A stretch of 64,000 nucleotides of DNA, taken from contig CAZNEE010000002.1 of NCBI GenBank assembly GCA_964572255.1, forward strand, positions 210,942-274,941. Direction: 5' to 3'. The notes under the pieces are model-generated. The model was not told the DNA's origin. It saw nothing but the letters and a program-made list of their open reading frames with translations, and did not search any database. Source of the DNA: an uncultured Planctomycetia bacterium. Its GTDB lineage: Bacteria > Omnitrophota > Gorgyraeia > Tantalellales > Tantalellaceae. Below are positions 59,801-64,000 of this stretch, piece by piece (position 1 is the first letter of the stretch; each line of letters opens with the position of its first letter). Both the position numbers and the translations under genes were made by a program.

Positions 59801-62800
59801 CACAAAAATTCTCTCCCTTTTACCTAACTGAAGCTCTACATCTTCCGACTCTTCTATCTTCTCTATCTTTGGCTTCTCTGATATTTTTTCTGCCGGTTCG
59901 GATTTTTCATCTTCTTCTTTCTTTATGTCTTCGATCATTATATTGAGGCGTTCTCGGATAACTTCTATCCACTCAATGGATTCCTCTTCCAACCCATCAA
60001 ATCGGGAAACCGTTCTATCGAAAACTTTTCTAAACCCTTTAAGGATATTTTTAAATTCAGGATCGGATTCCTGCAATCTTAAAAGAGTGTCCAATGCCAT
60101 ATCAGCTTGGCGTATCCATGCATCAAAATCCTTAACATCTCCGCCTGATAGCTCCTCCATCCGCGCTTTTGTATCATCCAGACTTTTACGGCTGTACCCG
60201 CCGATGCTGTCATAGAAAAAATTCATGAACAGCACGGTGATAATACTTGCTACAACAAACGATAATATTCCCGAAACAGTTATCTCCAGCATAGAATCAG
60301 CCATACCCAATAATGAAGCTATTGATCCGAGAAAAGAAGTTCCAAAAACCAGTAATGGCGTATGCACTATCCCTTTCTGTCCCCGCGCTTCGGGGTGCCC
60401 TCCCAAATCTTTCTCTGTACGAACTATCTCCTCATGCCTGATTACAATTTTCTTGGCAAAATTAGGATCTTGAAGTTTTCCCGTCAGCCAACCGTAAAAG
60501 CCTTTCATCTTGATACCGACATCAGCCAATTTAGTCTTTACATCGCTATCGATGCACCTCCCGTACTTCTCCAATGCTCTTTCTTCCTCAAGCAGGCCCA
60601 GCAATAACAACCTCTGTTTTTCCTTTCCTTGCTTGTCCTTATAAGCTGTATTATTGAATTTGTCGGTTTCCGTCTTGTGCCTATCTCTTATTTCGGGCAA
60701 ATAGAGATCTAGTAAAAATTTTCTTTCCGCAAAAAGGACCAGCAGGATCTTCGCCAAGGCGGACTTCCTGCTGGGATCGATCAATATCAACTGTTGATAT
60801 ACACTTACCTTTATATAAACATTCCCCGTATCCGCCTCTATGCATATTTTCTGCCCCGAAAAAGGCATGGTGGAATCTTCGCTGCAGATGAATATCCCTC
60901 TTTCACCCTTTTTATACTTTTCATCGCTTCGCATTTTTTCTATAAGTTGAATAGCGTCTTTAATAAACGCGAGCTGCCGCTCCAACTTATCGATCGCAAG
61001 CTTGTCTTTTTTCTCTTTCACTTTCAGAAATTCTATTTCCTCTTTTACTTCCGCAAATCCCTCGGAATTAAGGACTTCTTCGCGTAACTTATTCAAATAA
61101 GCGGGAGACAATCTTTCATCTAAAATAGTGCGCTTTTTTCCCTTAACAATAAGAGACTGAATTTCCTCGTCAAAATATGATTTCATTTGCCTTTCATAAT
61201 CATTTAAATCTCCAAAATAACGCAATACTTCAATATATTGCATTACCTTTTTCAGAATTGTAAGAAACTCTTCTTTGCCGATAGACTCGAAATCAACCTT
61301 GGTCATCTCTTCGATATCAGCCCCCCAATTATACTCTACTGCCGCTATCCCATTTTGGAGCAATTTGAACGGCTCCATTAAGGGCTCCAATTCTGTTTCT
61401 ATTTTTTCCTTTTCCCCTTCGAGGAATTTAACCACATCCTGTAAAGTTTTTTCGTCTACCTTTTCTATTTCGCCATCCTGTTTTTTATGATCCGCTATGC
61501 TAAGAGCCTCTAACAAATTAGTTCCCGCATTAGTGCCCGCAAAAAACCGGTACATAACAAACATAAGAGATAAAATAACAATGGGGACCATAAATCCGCC
61601 GCTAAACAGTGAAGCGGCAAGACCTGTCAGAAATACAGGAATCCCTATGAAGATAAACCCTTCATCGGATCTCTTTTTTCCTTTCTGTTCTCCTGCTGAG
61701 GATTCTTCCGCTTTTTTGATAGGCACGATCTTTACAACAGTCTCTACCCCTCCTCCCCAAAAATGTTTTTTAGTGATCTCGGTATCAATCCTATAGCCTA
61801 TTCTGCCCAAAGCCTCTTTTAAGATATTGAGAGTCCATATCGCGGCATCCCTCTCTCCTTGCTTTTCTATGTCTCGCAGGATCTTTTGGATGTCTTCGCC
61901 ATATTTTTTGGCATTATTGCCGAGTCTTGCGAATATTGCATAAATAGCTTCTTCCGTATGGCCCAGATATATGCCTGAGCGTAAAAAGCCGTTCCAGGAT
62001 TCAGCCCATACCTGGTCAAATTCTTTCTGATATTTAAAAATATTGTGTAAGCGCTGTTCATCCGGCGGGGCGAAAAGGATCTTATTCTTTTTCTTTTTAA
62101 ACAGGGTTAATAGAAGGTTTTCCGCATCATAGAAATTTCCGTATTTTCCCAGCATCTCAGCTGCAAACTTGAAAGCTTCATCGTTCCCATGCCCCATATG
62201 ATCCAGGGAAACCACAACCGTATCCCGTAAAGAGTTTCTTATCTTGGACCAGCCCATATTTGTTTTGGCATATTTTTTAACGATTTTTCTAACCGTTTCT
62301 TTGGCCACATGATCGTTTGCGCCTGTTAAGTTGAAAAGTAACGGATTGATCACATCCGGCCCTGATTTTGCCAACTTACCTATCTTTTCTTTATCGCTTA
62401 AAGAAGCGTCTTTAACGATATTTTCAGCGACCGTGATAAATTTCGATACTTCTTTAAACCTGTCTCTTATCTCCCTTTTACACATCTCGCCGTAAAGCAA
62501 TGTGAAAAAGAGGTCTTCATTGTTTTTCAAAACATCTTTCGCTGTCGTGTCCTTTTCGATCAAACTTACGACTCTTTTAAGGACTCTATTCCTTAACTCC
62601 TGGCCTAAACGAATCTTTTCCAGGTAATCATCATCTGGGACAGTTCCGCTTCTTTTAATTGTTCGTGCCAGGTTTGCAGCACTGGAATTGAAAGTTATGT
62701 CCAAAGATTTTAAATTTTTCAGGAATTTATCGATGATCTGGGCAATGATCTTGCTTTTATCCACCTTTTTCGAGTAAGCTATTATTCTCTCGGTTGCCAC

Positions 62801-63898
62801 GGATGACGGCAATTTTATCTTTGCCAATCCTTTTATAGCGCCGATATTCCCTTGCAACATCAGGATCGCTCCGGGCTTAAGGCCTGCTGCTTTTCCTTCC
62901 AGTTTCTCCTTGAGATCCAACTCCTCCTCGTCCATTTCTTCCGGAGGGGACATGTACGGCCAGAATATGAAAATAAGATCATATTCGGAAAAATCTTCAT
63001 CAAATATATCGCTGTCCTTATCCGCGATCTCAATATTTGATACATCAATTCCTCCTTTTCCCCCGATCTCTTTAACGCATCCTTCGCCCTCTTCTCGAAG
63101 CATATCGTTCAACTCGTAACATTTGACTTTTTTCGCATACTGTCCGAATATCAAAGCGGATTTTGCGTTACCCCCGTATCCTATCAGCACCTTACGGGCT
63201 CTTTTCGAGAGCCATTTAGCTATCATCTTTAGATGTGAAGTTTGAGGGCTTAAATATGCCCCCACTTTATCTCTTGTTTTAAAAAATGTCAGTCTTTTAG
63301 AATCCACCCCTTGTTTATAATATTTGCCTATAAGATCTATCGCTTCTTCCGGGGTGTTCGGAGCCGGATGATTCTCAAGGAAGAAATCCATCTCTTCCGA
63401 CGACAATCTGCTATGACGGCTTCTTGTAACCGTGAAAAATCTTCCTAAACTTTCCGCCTGTTCGGACGTAAGTTTTTTGTATTTACCCGTCAATTCATAA
63501 TAACCCGGGGTTTCACTGGATACATATTTAAGCATTCCTCTGCCTATAAGACTTTCCAGCCCGATGATCGTTGTTTTTCCCGTAATACTTTTTTGCAGTT
63601 TTTCTTCCATACTTTTTTTGAATTCGTAAAAATCTATCCGGCGATTCTTGAAGTATTCAAAATTCGACAAGATGAATTCAAATGTCTCATCCATGGCATC
63701 ATGCAGTCCCACAAGATAATTTTCGAATGCCGGAGTTAAAGCTTCTGCGGTATCCTCATCTATGTTCTCCTTATGGGAAAGGGTCTTTAACAAACTAAGC
63801 CATGATCCCACATCGGCTTTATGCCTTATGAATACATCCCTCAAATAAGGTCTTGGTTCGGTAAGGGCAGAGATCTGATCGGAAAGAGAAAAGACCAC
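47843..63898 (-). CDS. Giant mosaic multi-pass membrane protein (5351 aa): repeated 2-TM hairpin modules, long coiled-coil/charged regions, an exported segment with YD-repeat-like beta region + TIM-barrel glycoside-hydrolase-like domain + FN3-like domain, a Hanks-type Ser/Thr protein kinase, a periplasmic-sensor-like loop, and a C-terminal PAS-PAS-GGDEF (diguanylate cyclase) unit
   Basis: One uninterrupted 16056-nt ORF. The track start is a GTG at 63898 with an in-frame stop 21 codons upstream and no obvious Shine-Dalgarno, so the true start may be a downstream ATG. Diagnostic motifs: kinase IGSGGMCSV / ALKVMK / HRDLKPMNV / DLG / GTPEYASPE (~51850-52430); GGDEF [12 protein letters not shown] / [21 protein letters not shown] / RGTD...RYGGEEF (~48650-49270); hydrolase-like [12 protein letters not shown] and VIFGELEP (~55330-56060). 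Its stop lies 4 nt upstream of the next giant gene. Confidence 0.85.
   Translation of the reverse strand: [5351 protein letters not shown]
48650..49270 (-). other. GGDEF diguanylate cyclase domain with intact GGEEF active site and RxxD inhibitory site, containing a ~70-aa acidic insertion
   Basis: [54 protein letters not shown] (RxxD five residues before GGEEF), and the terminal [16 protein letters not shown]. Confidence 0.85.
49320..50090 (-). other. Tandem PAS domains downstream of a TM/sensor region
   Basis: [59 protein letters not shown]...KDGTIIYAK (PAS 1) and [41 protein letters not shown]...[13 protein letters not shown] (PAS 2). Confidence 0.7.
51850..52430 (-). other. Hanks-type (eukaryotic-like) Ser/Thr protein kinase catalytic domain within the 5351-aa protein
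   Basis: Glycine-rich loop [10 protein letters not shown], beta3 Lys in TIALKVMK, alphaC Glu in FLREIRYM, catalytic loop [12 protein letters not shown], DLG variant of DFG (IADLGLA) and APE-like GTPEYASPE. Confidence 0.85.
55000..55300 (-). other. Fibronectin type III-like beta-sandwich module following the hydrolase-like domain
   Basis: [76 protein letters not shown] has the FN3-like W/Y/L periodicity; it is followed by a TM helix ([15 protein letters not shown]) at ~54870-54930. Confidence 0.45.
55330..56060 (-). other. TIM-barrel glycoside-hydrolase-like domain (clan GH-A-like; candidate acid/base Glu in MSEPE and nucleophile Glu in FGELEP) in an exported segment of the 5351-aa protein
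   Basis: [17 protein letters not shown]...[19 protein letters not shown]...[21 protein letters not shown]...[26 protein letters not shown]...VIFGELEPT: the spacing of the conserved Asn/Glu-Pro and second Glu resembles GH5/GH113-type (beta/alpha)8 hydrolases. The family assignment is tentative. Confidence 0.45.
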
Positions 63899-64000
63899 TG
63901 TTTCAAGATACAGCGTTTTATTCAGCTCTTTAACTTTCCGTATTAAACGAAGATTGTGATTCAGCGCGTTAACGATAACTACTTCAAGAGGAAGTGTTAT

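Noticed and set aside
47843-63898. Possibility that the 16-kb ORF is a chance open frame or a string of pseudogenes
   Set aside because: An open frame of 5351 codons cannot arise by chance at this GC content. Multiple independent domains (kinase, GGDEF, PAS) retain all catalytic residues, and codon usage is indistinguishable from neighbouring housekeeping genes. An assembly artefact cannot be excluded without reads.

Overview
The window is a compact bacterial chromosomal segment in which every confident gene is on the minus strand. It runs (in direction of transcription) from two adjacent giant ORFs of 16.1 kb and 8.1 kb, through cinA-thpR-recA-alaS, a hisDBHAFI block fused by stop/start overlap to a complete trpEGDCFBA block, ruvX, two metalloproteases, rpe, pgm, lepA, lepB, pgsA, der and plsY, an unusual ~850-bp gene-poor gap, gpsA, tRNA-Pro(GGG), a threonine/isoleucine cluster (hom, thrC, an iPGM-family proposed homoserine kinase, lysC, cimA), and finally valS, rluB, nadC and the 5' part of uvrB. 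Calls are based on reading the translated ORFs for family-defining motifs; no database search was possible. The most unusual content is the pair of giant genes at 39724-63898. Both encode multi-pass membrane mosaics that join enzyme-like domains to signalling domains in one polypeptide. The 2704-aa protein carries TPR-like repeats, a DapA/NAL-type class I aldolase domain and a histidine-kinase-type ATPase. The 5351-aa protein carries a TIM-barrel glycoside-hydrolase-like domain, an FN3-like module, YD-repeat-like segments, a Hanks-type Ser/Thr kinase and a PAS-PAS-GGDEF unit. Such giant ORFs are reminiscent of those reported in Omnitrophota-like uncultured lineages, but that link is inference only. 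Coordinates inside the giant genes may be off by 1-2 nt because of a small indexing inconsistency I could not resolve by eye.
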